From an uncultured virus (IMG/VR IMGVR_UViG_3300009455_000007) (taxonomy: Duplodnaviria; Heunggongvirae; Uroviricota; Caudoviricetes): a stretch of DNA of 64,000 nt. Of this stretch, positions 8,853 to 18,267 are shown in pieces. Location of the stretch: IMG/VR virus record IMGVR_UViG_3300009455_000007. One strand, given 5' to 3'. The translations under genes were made by a program, and so were the position numbers. Positions within the stretch are counted from its first letter, which is position 1. Each line of letters starts with the position of its first letter. Under the pieces are notes generated by a model, which had not been told where the DNA came from, did no database searches, and saw only the letters and a program-made list of their open reading frames with translations.

Positions 8853-10229
8853 ATGAGAACTCAACCCGCACCGCCGCCCTTCGTGCATCAAACGAAGTCG
8901 ATCAACTTCCTTCTCCAGACCCCGCGAGCACTTGATCTCAGCGATCCCGGCACTGGCAAGACCCGTGTGCAGATCGATGCATTCGTCGCCAGACGCAAGC
9001 GTGGCGGTAAGTGCGCCTTGGTCATCGCCCCCAAGAGCCTGCTGAGATCCGCCTGGGAGGACGACTTCAAGAAGTTCGCGCCGCACATAATCGTCTCCGT
9101 GTGCCCTGCGGAGAAGCGCGAACAAGGCTTCGCTCGAGACGCCGACGTGTACGTGACCAACACGGACGCGGTGAGATGGCTCGCGAAGCAGAGCAAGAAG
9201 TTCTTCGCCAGATTCGACACGCTGATCATCGACGAAATGTCGACGTTCAAGCACAGCACCAGCCAGCGCTCCAAGGCACTGCGCAACATCAAGCATTTCT
9301 TCGAGTACCGCTACGGCATGACCGGTACGCCAAACTCGAACTCGATCACCGACATCTGGCACCAGGTGTTCGTGATCGACGACGGCCAGCGACTGGGCAA
9401 GAACTTCTTCCAGTTCCGCGGCTCGGTGTGCGCACCACAGCAAGTCGGCCCGTCGCCGAACATGGTCAAGTGGCAAGACAAGCCAGGCGCCGAAGTGGCC
9501 GTTAGCGGCCTGATCCAGGACATGGTCGTGCGCCACAAGTTCGAAGAGTGCATCGACATCCCTCCGAACCACGAGTACACGCTCACCTACCACCTGACGC
9601 CGAAGCAGCAAGCGTTCTACAACCGCTTCGAGCGCGACGCGGTGGTGGCTATCCAGAACACCCACATCAGTGCGATCAACGCAGCTGGCGTCATGGGTAA
9701 GCTGCTCCAGATCGCTTCCGGCGCCGCATACGACGAGGCCGACAAGTACAGCCTCATCGACACCGGCCGCTACGAGATGGCCGCAGACCTCGTCGAGCAG
9801 CGCAGCGACCCGTGCGTGGTGTTCTTCAACTGGACCCACCAGCGCGACGAGCTGATCAAAGAGTTCACCAAGCGCGACATCACCTACTGCGTGATCGACG
9901 GCTCGGTGAAGGACCGCGACCGGAAGACGGCTGTCGACCACTTCCAGGCTGGCTTCTACCGCGTGCTGCTGGCGCACCCCCAGAGCGCCGCACACGGTCT
10001 CACGCTCGTACGCGCCACCACCACCCTGTGGGTCAGCCCGACGTACAACCTCGAGCACTTCATGCAGGGCAACAAGCGCATCTATCGCGCTGGTCAAACC
10101 CAGAAGACGGAGACGATCGTGCTGCTCGCCGAAGGCACCGTGGAAGAGAAGGTCTATGCAAAGCTCCAAGACAAAAACGCCAAGCAAACAGACATGCTCG
10201 AAATCCTCAAAACCCTGTCCGGTGTGTAA
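8853..10229 (+). CDS. SNF2-family helicase
   Basis: PGTGKT, IIDEMS, MTGTP, HGLTL, QGNKRIYRAGQ; SD before ATG 8853. Confidence 0.9.
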   Translation: MRTQPAPPPFVHQTKSINFLLQTPRALDLSDPGTGKTRVQIDAFVARRKRGGKCALVIAPKSLLRSAWEDDFKKFAPHIIVSVCPAEKREQGFARDADVYVTNTDAVRWLAKQSKKFFARFDTLIIDEMSTFKHSTSQRSKALRNIKHFFEYRYGMTGTPNSNSITDIWHQVFVIDDGQRLGKNFFQFRGSVCAPQQVGPSPNMVKWQDKPGAEVAVSGLIQDMVVRHKFEECIDIPPNHEYTLTYHLTPKQQAFYNRFERDAVVAIQNTHISAINAAGVMGKLLQIASGAAYDEADKYSLIDTGRYEMAADLVEQRSDPCVVFFNWTHQRDELIKEFTKRDITYCVIDGSVKDRDRKTAVDHFQAGFYRVLLAHPQSAAHGLTLVRATTTLWVSPTYNLEHFMQGNKRIYRAGQTQKTETIVLLAEGTVEEKVYAKLQDKNAKQTDMLEILKTLSGV

Positions 10230-10441
10230 TGGGCTCGGACAAGTCAGGCCGCACGTCAAAACAAGCGGTGGAACCTGGTGGTCCCTCCCGTGCGTCTGCA
10301 CCTCCAGCTACCGATAGAAGTCAGGACGTACCTCTCGATTGGGTAGATCTGCAACCGGAAGGATCGTTAGCACGTGCAATCCTCAAAGACTACTTAGACT
10401 TCAGGCAGGACACTCGCGTATGCCGCGTAAAAAAATCCTGA
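10229..10441 (+). CDS. hypothetical protein
   Basis: TAATG coupling to the helicase. Confidence 0.4.
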   Translation: MGSDKSGRTSKQAVEPGGPSRASAPPATDRSQDVPLDWVDLQPEGSLARAILKDYLDFRQDTRVCRVKKS

Positions 10442-10653
10442 GGGCGAGCACAGCTACCGAGCGCGGCCGCAAGAGGATCCTGCTCTGGCTGCGGCTAGGC
10501 CTACCAGTAGAGTGCGCATGGGAGAAAGGATTCCCGCTACGCGATCCAGAGTATGCGCGTAAAGGCTGGATACGGGTCACGACATCCATTGAAGACTTCG
10601 ACGTGGACTACCACGAACGCCGCAAGTGTCGGGTGGTACTCAATGAGTCTTGA
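10420..10653 (+). CDS. hypothetical protein
   Basis: AGGA SD before ATG 10420. Confidence 0.5.
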   Translation: MPRKKILRASTATERGRKRILLWLRLGLPVECAWEKGFPLRDPEYARKGWIRVTTSIEDFDVDYHERRKCRVVLNES

Positions 10654-10861
10654 GCCCCCCATTCATCTTTGCAGCGAGTGCCACGGCTTCGGCATACGGG
10701 AGCACTACTGCTACCAGTGCGACAGGGACTACAGCCCAAAAAAGCACTACACCCATGACCCGGGGTGCTACCTAACAAGGTACGTATGCCGAAACTGCGC
10801 TGGGTCTGGTACGCTTGAAGGCCAGGTCCGCCAGCGGTTTTTGCCGCCCGCCGCCGACTGA
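10643..10861 (+). CDS. small zinc-finger protein
   Basis: CSECHGFG, CYQC, CRNCAGSG (DnaJ-type CxxCxGxG). Confidence 0.55.
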   Translation: MSLEPPIHLCSECHGFGIREHYCYQCDRDYSPKKHYTHDPGCYLTRYVCRNCAGSGTLEGQVRQRFLPPAAD

Positions 10862-10944
10862 AAAGAAGACTTCCGCATCGTCGCCAAAGAGCGGTTAGCG
10901 GTTTGGATGAAACGATCTTTTGATATGCAGGTATTCGATACCCT

Positions 10945-12810
10945 ATGCTCACCATCGGCGGAAAAAAGCTCGACATCCTCACCCTCGACTTCGAAACCGC
11001 GTACGCGAAAGACTACACGCTCAGCAAAATGCCGACCTCCCAGTACGTGAGGGACGAGCGCTTCCTGGCTTTCATGTGCGGGATGAAGCTCAACGACAAG
11101 CGGGGCAAGGTGTGGGCGGGTAAAGACATCCAGTACGCGCTCGATGACGTGGACTGGAAGCGCACAGCACTGCTGGCGCACAACACAATGTTCGACGCCT
11201 TCATCTGCACGCAGCGCTACAAGATCAAGCCGGCGTTCTACCTCGACACCCTGTCCATGGCGCGCGCCTGCCTCGGCCATGCCGTCAAGCACGGCCTCGA
11301 CGACGTCGGCAAGATGCTCGGCGTGGGCGGCAAGGAGGGCAAGCAGATCCTGGTCGACACCAAGGGCAAGCGCAGTCTCACGGCCGAAGAGACGATGGCC
11401 ATGGCAGCCTACTGCGCCATCGACGTGCAACGCTGCTTCGACGTGTTCTGGAAGCTCTACGACTTCTTCCCTGATGACGAGCTCGAGCTGGTGGACAGCA
11501 CCATCCGCATGTTCGCCGAGCCCGTGCTGGGCATCAACACGGACTTGGTGACCGAGGAGCTCGAGGAAGAGGTTAGCGGCAAGATGCGCGCAGTCCTGGT
11601 CGCCGGCGCTAACCGCTCGGACCTGATGAGCAACTCCAAGTTCGCAGGGCTGCTCAAGCAAGCGGGCGTCACCCCGCCGATGAAGATCAGCCTCAAGACC
11701 AAGAAGCTGACCTACACGTTCTCGAAGGAGTCTCTCGAAGACCTGGCTCTGCAGCATCCGCACATCAAAGAACTGGTCGAAGCGCGCATCAAGACCAAGT
11801 CCACGATCGGCGAGACCCGTGCCCAGCGCTTCCTCGACACTGCCGCCGGCAATCAGCTCATGCCCGTGGGGCTCTCTTACTACGGGGCGCACACGGGCAG
11901 GTGGTCGGGCACCAACGGCATGAACCTACAGAACCTTCCCCGCGGTGGCCGGCTCAGGCGCAGCCTGATGGCTCCCGCGGGGCACCAGGTGGTGGTCGCC
12001 GACTCAGCCCAGATCGAGGCCCGCGTCAACGCCTGGCTCTGGGGACAGAACGATCTGGTCGAAGCCTTCCGCCTCAAGAAGGACATCTACAGCGAATTCG
12101 CGAGCAAGCTGTTCAAGCGGCACGTGGACCGCAAGCGGAAAGAGATCGGTCCCGACGGCAAGGAGTTCTACCCGGACTTCGATGCCGGCTTCATCGGCAA
12201 GACCGCGATCCTAGGCCTGGGTTTCCAGATGGGCGCCGACAAATTCTATGCCACGGTCTGCAAGAAGAAAGGCATCGACTTCAGCTACGAGGACGCCATC
12301 AAGGCCGTCGATCTGTACCGCAAGCAGAACAACATGATCGTCCGGGGCTGGAAGCAGCTGGCCATGATCATCCCCCGGATGGCCATCAAGAGCTTCCACC
12401 ACGAGGTTGGCCCCCTGGCCTTCGGCTTCGAGAGCGTCAAGCTCCCCAGTGGGCTGTTCCTGCGCTATCCAGAGCTCAGGGTGGCGCCCGGCCCATACGA
12501 GTCGAGCCTGGGTGAGGCTAGCTTCGCGGGCCGCAACGGGGCGCGTACGAAGCTCTACGGCGGCCTCATGTGCGAGAACCTGGTCCAGGCCCTGGCCCGC
12601 TGCATCATCGGCGAGCAGATGCTCCAGATGAAGCGCGAGGGCATGCGCCTGATCACCACTACCCACGACGAGATCGTCGTCGTGGCCCCCAATGCTCGGG
12701 CAGAGCGCACCTACATGCGCATGCTCGAGATCATGTCCACCCCGCCCGAATGGGCTGCAGGGCTCCCCCTGGCGGCTGAAGGCGGCTTCGCCCCGGAGTA
12801 CAGCAAATGA
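10945..12810 (+). CDS. polA: DNA polymerase family A with 3'-5' exonuclease domain
   Basis: Exo I DFET, exo II HNTMFD, exo III YCAID; HTGRWSG, NLQNLP, motif A DSAQIEAR, motif B KTAILGLGF, motif C HDEIV. Confidence 0.95.
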   Translation: MLTIGGKKLDILTLDFETAYAKDYTLSKMPTSQYVRDERFLAFMCGMKLNDKRGKVWAGKDIQYALDDVDWKRTALLAHNTMFDAFICTQRYKIKPAFYLDTLSMARACLGHAVKHGLDDVGKMLGVGGKEGKQILVDTKGKRSLTAEETMAMAAYCAIDVQRCFDVFWKLYDFFPDDELELVDSTIRMFAEPVLGINTDLVTEELEEEVSGKMRAVLVAGANRSDLMSNSKFAGLLKQAGVTPPMKISLKTKKLTYTFSKESLEDLALQHPHIKELVEARIKTKSTIGETRAQRFLDTAAGNQLMPVGLSYYGAHTGRWSGTNGMNLQNLPRGGRLRRSLMAPAGHQVVVADSAQIEARVNAWLWGQNDLVEAFRLKKDIYSEFASKLFKRHVDRKRKEIGPDGKEFYPDFDAGFIGKTAILGLGFQMGADKFYATVCKKKGIDFSYEDAIKAVDLYRKQNNMIVRGWKQLAMIIPRMAIKSFHHEVGPLAFGFESVKLPSGLFLRYPELRVAPGPYESSLGEASFAGRNGARTKLYGGLMCENLVQALARCIIGEQMLQMKREGMRLITTTHDEIVVVAPNARAERTYMRMLEIMSTPPEWAAGLPLAAEGGFAPEYSK

Positions 12811-13091
12811 CCGACGAATACGACCGGTCCCAGGATCTGATGAACAAGATCCCTTTCAAAATCACCATGGTGGAGCTGGTCGAGCAGGATCAGATCGAAA
12901 AGTACCCCGTCGGCGTGGCCCAAGTGCTGACTGCTGCAGGGCACTCTGAGGCACTCGTGACGGACCGTTCGAGCTGGGGCGACTTCGCCCCCGACGCAGC
13001 TGCTTCGCGCACCCTGGGGACGATCCTGGGGCGCATCGTGCACGTCAACGAACTGATCTGGGAGCTGGCCAAGGAAGTGGAGGAGAAGTGA
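12807..13091 (+). CDS. hypothetical protein
   Basis: ATGA overlap; good codon bias. Confidence 0.65.
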   Translation: MTDEYDRSQDLMNKIPFKITMVELVEQDQIEKYPVGVAQVLTAAGHSEALVTDRSSWGDFAPDAAASRTLGTILGRIVHVNELIWELAKEVEEK

Positions 13092-13330
13092 CTCACCAGA
13101 ACCCGAACCCCCAGGCGGACGATGCCGGCAAGAACGCTGGAAAGAGCAAGCGGCCACGAGAGTACTTCGTCGAGGCCAGGTACAAAGAGGGCACCAGGTG
13201 GTTTCGGTTCGGCGCCAAGAACGACTGGTACAACTGGAAGCCCAAGGGCTACCGGACTGAAGCCGAGCGCGATGCTGCACTGCACAACGCTGAGCGAAAG
13301 TACACCTTCCTGGAGTTCCGAAAAGCATGA
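13088..13330 (+). CDS. hypothetical protein
   Basis: GGAGGAG SD, GTGA overlap. Confidence 0.65.
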   Translation: MTHQNPNPQADDAGKNAGKSKRPREYFVEARYKEGTRWFRFGAKNDWYNWKPKGYRTEAERDAALHNAERKYTFLEFRKA

Positions 13331-13587
13331 CTCCCGCTGAAATCCTGGGCATTCCGCCCGAATCAACTGAGGCTGAGGCCAAGGCCGCGTACCGAAAACT
13401 GGCCCAGATTTACCACCCCGATCGCCCGGACGGGGACATCGAAAAATTCCGACAACTGGGCGCCGCACTGAGGCAATTTAGTCGTACACTCCCCTGCCCG
13501 GTCTGCGCTGGGAAGGGGTTCATCGAGACCCGCAGCGGCCTAGCCGTGAAGCGCGACCGCTGCCCCAAATGCTGGAACGCAACTTGA
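13327..13587 (+). CDS. J-domain (DnaJ-like) protein with zinc finger
   Basis: ILGI..AYRKLA..YHPD, then CPVCAGKG..CPKC. Confidence 0.85.
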   Translation: MTPAEILGIPPESTEAEAKAAYRKLAQIYHPDRPDGDIEKFRQLGAALRQFSRTLPCPVCAGKGFIETRSGLAVKRDRCPKCWNAT

Positions 13588-13732
13588 AAACGGCGCCTTT
13601 GGAAGACAAGCTCGCAAACTTGCTGTACGAGCTCAGGAGCGTAGTTTTTACCGGGCGTTTCACCGACCGCTATGGGCACCGGGAGCTGATCGAAGCTGCC
13701 CTCAAACAGTACAACGAGAAGCGAGAAAAAGA

Positions 13733-14110
13733 ATGAGCAGAGCAGTCACCCCCGGCGCCTTGTCGGACGAGTACTTCAAGCTTCGCGAGCAGAAGCGCGC
13801 GCACGAAGAAGCCATCAAGCAGATCAGCGACGGCATGGCGGTCATCGAGGCCAAGCTGATCGAGTCCATGGACGCCAACGGCATCACCAAGGCGACCGGC
13901 AAGAATGCGACGGTGTCGATTAGCGAGCAGATCCGCCCCAACGTGCAGGACTGGGATCAGTTCTACGCGTACATCCACAAGCACAAGTACTACCACCTCC
14001 TCGAGCGCCGCCCGAGCGTCAGCGGCTGCCAGGAGCTGTTCGAGACGAAGGGCAAGGTGCCCGGCGTCGTCCCCTTCACCGCGCGCCGGATCAACATGCG
14101 GGCTCTCTGA
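13733..14110 (+). CDS. conserved phage replication-region protein
   Basis: Coiled N-terminus, VQDWDQFY..LLERR motif typical of the gene preceding phage SSB-like proteins. Confidence 0.7.
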   Translation: MSRAVTPGALSDEYFKLREQKRAHEEAIKQISDGMAVIEAKLIESMDANGITKATGKNATVSISEQIRPNVQDWDQFYAYIHKHKYYHLLERRPSVSGCQELFETKGKVPGVVPFTARRINMRAL

Positions 14111-14369
14111 TGATCACTTGTAAAGCTAAGGAAGACCCGGACAAGAAGCCGACTCCGGAACAAAACCGAAACACCGGATGGGACCACCGCAGCGGACGAG
14201 AAGACACGTCACGGCCGTGGGAGCCAACTCCGCCTCAGCCTGGTCCAAGCGGGTTGAGCTAACAGCAATCAGGCAAGCCTCGCTCTACCCCCCTTCCTAG
14301 GGCGAGCATCAACCGGACTGAGCCCAGGCAGTTCTTGCCGAATAACTTGGGCGCCAAATAGGAGACCTC

Positions 14370-14429
14370 ATGCACTTCAAACGCAAAGGCCCAAAGTCGA
14401 CCCGCGCAGGCTGCCTGATGTGCAAGTAG
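14370..14429 (+). CDS. very short basic CxxC peptide, possibly truncated
   Basis: AGGAG SD; MHFKRKGPKSTRAGCLMCK then TAG. Confidence 0.4.
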   Translation: MHFKRKGPKSTRAGCLMCK

Positions 14430-14496
14430 CCATGCCGGGAAGACCGATGGGCTCAACATGCGCATGGCGCGCGCAGTGCAGGAGATGAACTATCAC

Positions 14497-14573
14497 GGAA
14501 AGGTAGCGCAGCCCGGCAGCGCGTGGGGCTCATAACCCTGAGGTCGCTGGTTCAAATCCAGCCCTCTCCACCA
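14497..14573 (+). tRNA. tRNA with CAT anticodon (Met-type)
   Basis: Cloverleaf: acceptor GGAAAGG/CCTCTCC, D stem GCGC/GCGC, loop CTCATAA, T arm GCTGG-TTCAAAT-CCAGC, encoded ACCA. Confidence 0.92.
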
Positions 14574-14713
14574 GAGCAATAAGACGGCGTAGACGCCTGA
14601 TAGCCCCGACAGGCCTCTGTCGAATAGCTCGGGGCACAACCGGACCTGGACGGCCTTACCAGGAGCTCCCCGCGCCACTGGGGATCAGTGGCAATCTCTC
14701 GAGAGAATCAACG

Positions 14714-15472
14714 ATGGCGAGAACCACCAGCACCACCAAGCGTCAAACCAGCAACCTCCCCGTGAACTACGCGGAGCAGCTGGCCAACGAAGTCAGCAAC
14801 ATCCAGCAGCGCATCGCGGCACCGTCCGGTGACCGTATCCGCATGGTCAACAACTCCCACTTCGCCCTGCCCAACGGCCAGGACGCGGAGAGCATCGAGG
14901 GTGTGGTGGTCGACTTCGTGTCGTCCAACCTGCTCTTCGAGGGCGCCTACGACAAGGACAATCCCAGTGCACCGGGGTGCTTCGCCGTGGGTCCGGAGCC
15001 GACCTCGCTGGTCCCGACCAGCAACAGCCCGAACAAGCAGGCTGAAACCTGCGCCGTCTGCCCGAACAACCAGTTCGGTTCGGCGGGCAAGGGCAAGGCG
15101 TGCAAGAACACCCGCCTGCTGGCGATCAAGCCGATCGATGCCGAGGACGACAACATCTACGTCCTCTCGGTGCCGCCGACTTCGATCAAGGCGTTCGACG
15201 GCTACGTGCACACCCTGGCAGGCAAGCACCGCCTGCCGCCGGTGGGCGTCGTCACCCGCGTCACCCTCGACAAGAACGAGTCGTTCGCGGCTCCGCGTTT
15301 CGAGGTGGTCCGCCCGCTCACGAACGACGAGCTGGGTGGCTACATGGAGGCCCGCACGCAAGCCCGCGAGCGCCTGGTGACCGAGCCGGACTTCACGCAG
15401 TACAACGCACCGGCTCCCGCCGGTCGTGGTGCCGCGCGAGGTGCAGCACCGACCGTCCGCGGTCGTAGGTAA
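14714..15472 (+). CDS. putative single-stranded DNA-binding / annealing protein
   Basis: Replication-module position; C..CPNNQFGS..GKGKACKNTRLLA motif common in this phage protein class. Confidence 0.65.
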   Translation: MARTTSTTKRQTSNLPVNYAEQLANEVSNIQQRIAAPSGDRIRMVNNSHFALPNGQDAESIEGVVVDFVSSNLLFEGAYDKDNPSAPGCFAVGPEPTSLVPTSNSPNKQAETCAVCPNNQFGSAGKGKACKNTRLLAIKPIDAEDDNIYVLSVPPTSIKAFDGYVHTLAGKHRLPPVGVVTRVTLDKNESFAAPRFEVVRPLTNDELGGYMEARTQARERLVTEPDFTQYNAPAPAGRGAARGAAPTVRGRR

Positions 15473-15482
15473 GAGCTAGCCC

Positions 15483-15534
15483 CCGGCCCGCTCCGCAACC
15501 CTTCCTGTCGGCGAGGGGAGCGGGCCGGTTTCTT
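15483..15534 (+). terminator. probable intrinsic terminator
   Basis: 12-bp stem CCGGCCCGCTCC/GGAGCGGGCCGG followed by TTTCTT. Confidence 0.6.
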
Positions 15535-15558
15535 CCATCCACTCAAGGAACTGCCACC

Positions 15559-15795
15559 ATGCCACGTAAGCCCAGCGTCATCATGTCCGCAGCGGAGCGC
15601 AAGTCCGCAGCTGCGGATCTCTCCACCGAGATCAAGTCCCAGAAGGAAGCGCTCAAGGACGCCAACCTGGTGATCAAGGACCTCGAGAAGCAGCTCAAGG
15701 CCGTCACCAAAGAACGCGACGCCATCGCCAAGGGCCTGCTCGGCCTCAACGCCCGCAAGGCCGCCCTGTCGCCGCCCAAGCCCCTCGTGGGCTAA
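15559..15795 (+). CDS. small coiled-coil protein
   Basis: AAGGA SD; strong codon bias. Confidence 0.7.
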   Translation: MPRKPSVIMSAAERKSAAADLSTEIKSQKEALKDANLVIKDLEKQLKAVTKERDAIAKGLLGLNARKAALSPPKPLVG

Positions 15796-15885
15796 CCCTT
15801 ACCGCCTGCCGTCGTGGGCTACTCGTTAGGTGATGTATTTGAACCGAGAAATCCACGGCGGCGGGTCGGTATCTAGGAGCGCATC

Positions 15886-16248
15886 ATGGCTACACATGCA
15901 CGAGGCAAACATCCCAACAGCCATCGCGGCTACGTGCATGTAGAAGAGAACTGGTGGACGCGCTTCTGGGCCCGCGTAGACAAACAAGAATGCTGGTTAT
16001 GGACCGGAGCTGATAACGGTACAGGCTACGGCTATGTAATGAAGCACCGGAAACAAGTCTACGTGCACCGCGCAGTATTCGAACATCTCGTTGGGCCTAT
16101 CCCCGAGGAGATGTATGAGTGCTACACCTGTGACAAACGAAATTGTGTAAACCCCAAGCACATGTTCTTGGGTGATGCAAAAAACAAAGGGCGTTTGAGC
16201 TGCGGAGAAACGCACTCAGCAGCAATCAAGAAAGGACAAAACAAATGA
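15886..16248 (+). CDS. HNH homing-endonuclease-like protein, probably degenerate
   Basis: RFW..CWLWTG..GYG..HR..GPIP..C.TCD..CVNP.H.FLG. Confidence 0.75.
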   Translation: MATHARGKHPNSHRGYVHVEENWWTRFWARVDKQECWLWTGADNGTGYGYVMKHRKQVYVHRAVFEHLVGPIPEEMYECYTCDKRNCVNPKHMFLGDAKNKGRLSCGETHSAAIKKGQNK

Positions 16249-16799
16249 CCTCAGTCATGATCGACCTCGAAACACTCGACACCAAGGGCACCGCAGTCGT
16301 GACCGCCCTCGGCGCCGTGTTCTTCGATCCGTACAGCAAAGTCATCGGCGAGAAGCTGTACCGCGTGACCAACGACTGGGCTGCGCAGCAGCGGCACGGC
16401 CGCACGATCTCTGGCGACACCGTCCGCTGGTGGCTTGAGCAGGACGAGATGGCACGCACAGCCTTGACCGCGCCACACGACCACGTCAGCGTGCCGACGC
16501 AGGTCATGCTGACCGATTTCACCGACTTCCTGGACGGCTATGGCGGCGACATCGAGGTCTGGGGCAACGGTGCCGACTTCGACAACGTGATCCTCGGCAG
16601 CCTCTACAGCGACTACGGCTTCAAGCGCCCGTGGTCGTACAGCATGAACCGCTGTTTCCGCACCATGAAGTCGCTCCCCAAGAGCAAGCACTTCATCCAG
16701 CCGCCGCGACTGGGCACCCACCACAACGCCATCGATGACGCCGTCACCCAGGCGCTGTACCTCCAAGCCATCTTCGAAGCCCAAAGGAAGGACAAGTGA
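16245..16799 (+). CDS. DEDDh 3'-5' exonuclease
   Basis: MIDLETL, WGNGADFD, HNAIDDA. Confidence 0.88.
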   Translation: MTSVMIDLETLDTKGTAVVTALGAVFFDPYSKVIGEKLYRVTNDWAAQQRHGRTISGDTVRWWLEQDEMARTALTAPHDHVSVPTQVMLTDFTDFLDGYGGDIEVWGNGADFDNVILGSLYSDYGFKRPWSYSMNRCFRTMKSLPKSKHFIQPPRLGTHHNAIDDAVTQALYLQAIFEAQRKDK

Positions 16800-17329
16800 A
16801 AAGCGTCCCCGCGGTCGTCGGCATCGCCGGCAAGGCACGTACTGGCAAGAACACCCTGGCCGACTTCATCGAGGCGCAGTACGGCGGCTACCAGTACAGC
16901 ATGGCCGCGCCCCTGCGCCGCATGCTCAAGGCCGGCTTCGGCATCGACATGGACGACCCGTACTGGACGGCGAGGAAGGAAGAGCCGATCGCAGCCTTCG
17001 AGAAGTCCCCCCGCCAGCTGCTGCAGACCCTGGGCACCGAGTGGGGTCGACAGGCCGTGCACCCCGACACCTGGGTCATCCTGGCCACGGACGTGCTCCG
17101 CAAGCGCGGCGCCGGCATGATCGTCACTGACATCCGCTTCGAGAACGAGGCGGCCTGGGTGCGGCGTATGGGCGGCAAGGTGATCCACCTGACCCGCACC
17201 GCTGCACCAGGAGTCAACGAGCACGTCAGCGAAGCCGGCGTGATCAAGGCGCCGAGCGACATCGAGTTCTTCAACAACGGCACGCTGGAAGAAATGCAGT
17301 ACGCCGTCAGCAAGCTCTTCCCCCTCTAG
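16796..17329 (+). CDS. deoxynucleoside monophosphate kinase
   Basis: GKARTGKNT P-loop, SPRQLLQTLGTEWGR, DIRFENE, H.SE. Confidence 0.9.
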   Translation: MKSVPAVVGIAGKARTGKNTLADFIEAQYGGYQYSMAAPLRRMLKAGFGIDMDDPYWTARKEEPIAAFEKSPRQLLQTLGTEWGRQAVHPDTWVILATDVLRKRGAGMIVTDIRFENEAAWVRRMGGKVIHLTRTAAPGVNEHVSEAGVIKAPSDIEFFNNGTLEEMQYAVSKLFPL

Positions 17330-17337
17330 GAGTCACC

Positions 17338-17529
17338 ATGCTCACCCACGTCGCTTACATGTCCCCCGAGACTGGCACCACGTACCTGTTCGACATCACC
17401 ACCGAAGGTCCGTGGATCATGGCCTCTACCGACCGCAAGGTCGGCGGCCTCAACACCTGCGCCAAGAGCTGGAACCGGCTCCTGGGCACGATGATCCCCG
17501 ACTGCGTCGCCACCTGGGAAGAGACCTGA
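17338..17529 (+). CDS. hypothetical protein
   Basis: AGGAG SD. Confidence 0.65.
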   Translation: MLTHVAYMSPETGTTYLFDITTEGPWIMASTDRKVGGLNTCAKSWNRLLGTMIPDCVATWEET

Positions 17530-17532
17530 CCC

Positions 17533-17973
17533 ATGGCGGCGAAGCCGGAGAGCACCTTCACTGCCTCCATCAACCGACAGAAAGCCCTCAAGGAGACCTA
17601 CTTCGAGAAAACCAACAACCCCTTCCGCTCAGGCATCGCTGACTTCTGGTACAGCGGTGAGCGTGGCGACTTGTGGGTGGAATACAAATACGAACCGAGC
17701 CTCCCGAAAATCAAAGAGTATCGCCCTGACCTCTCTCCGCGACAGCTGAAGTGGTTGGGCGACCGGCGCGACGAAGGCCGCAATGTTGCGGTCATCCTCG
17801 GCCTGCCGGAAGGCGGGGTCATCTACACCGACAAGTCCTGGATCTTGACGTTCAACCAGGATGAACTCATGGCGCGTTCTCTGTCCCGCCCGGAGATCGC
17901 GCAGTGGATCTTCGAACAGGTGGGCAAAAGCAAATGCAAATTGTCAGATCGGTCACCGCTGCCGCAACCGTAG
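17533..17973 (+). CDS. VRR-NUC / Holliday-junction-resolvase-like nuclease
   Basis: E..F, GIAD, WVEYK, LSPRQ..W. Confidence 0.75.
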   Translation: MAAKPESTFTASINRQKALKETYFEKTNNPFRSGIADFWYSGERGDLWVEYKYEPSLPKIKEYRPDLSPRQLKWLGDRRDEGRNVAVILGLPEGGVIYTDKSWILTFNQDELMARSLSRPEIAQWIFEQVGKSKCKLSDRSPLPQP

Positions 17974-18110
17974 TCTCCGCAACGTATAGGATTCTTGTTA
18001 CGCTGGCCCTGGGTTGGTATCTCGTCGGGGAACTGGTGGAACATGGACGAAAAGGTGTTGGAAATCGCGGAGGCGGTAACCCAGGCAGCGGTCGAAAACG
18101 GCGTCGCTAA
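17934..18110 (+). CDS. small putative membrane protein
   Basis: Hydrophobic stretch ILVTLALGWYLV; overlaps both neighbours. Confidence 0.4.
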   Translation: MQIVRSVTAAATVVSATYRILVTLALGWYLVGELVEHGRKGVGNRGGGNPGSGRKRRR

Positions 18111-18267
18111 AATCCGAGCCCAGGTCAGGAAGAGGGACCCTCTTTTTGACGGAGCGTGCGAGGAATGCGGCGACCCGATTCCTGACCCGCGGCTCGACAC
18201 AGGAGCAACAACGTGTCTCGAGTGCCAGCAAACCCTGGAGCGTATCCAGGCACAATTCAGACGATGA
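18043..18267 (+). CDS. TraR/DksA C4 zinc-finger protein
   Basis: CEECGDPIP..RL..CLECQ. Confidence 0.8.
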   Translation: MDEKVLEIAEAVTQAAVENGVAKIRAQVRKRDPLFDGACEECGDPIPDPRLDTGATTCLECQQTLERIQAQFRR

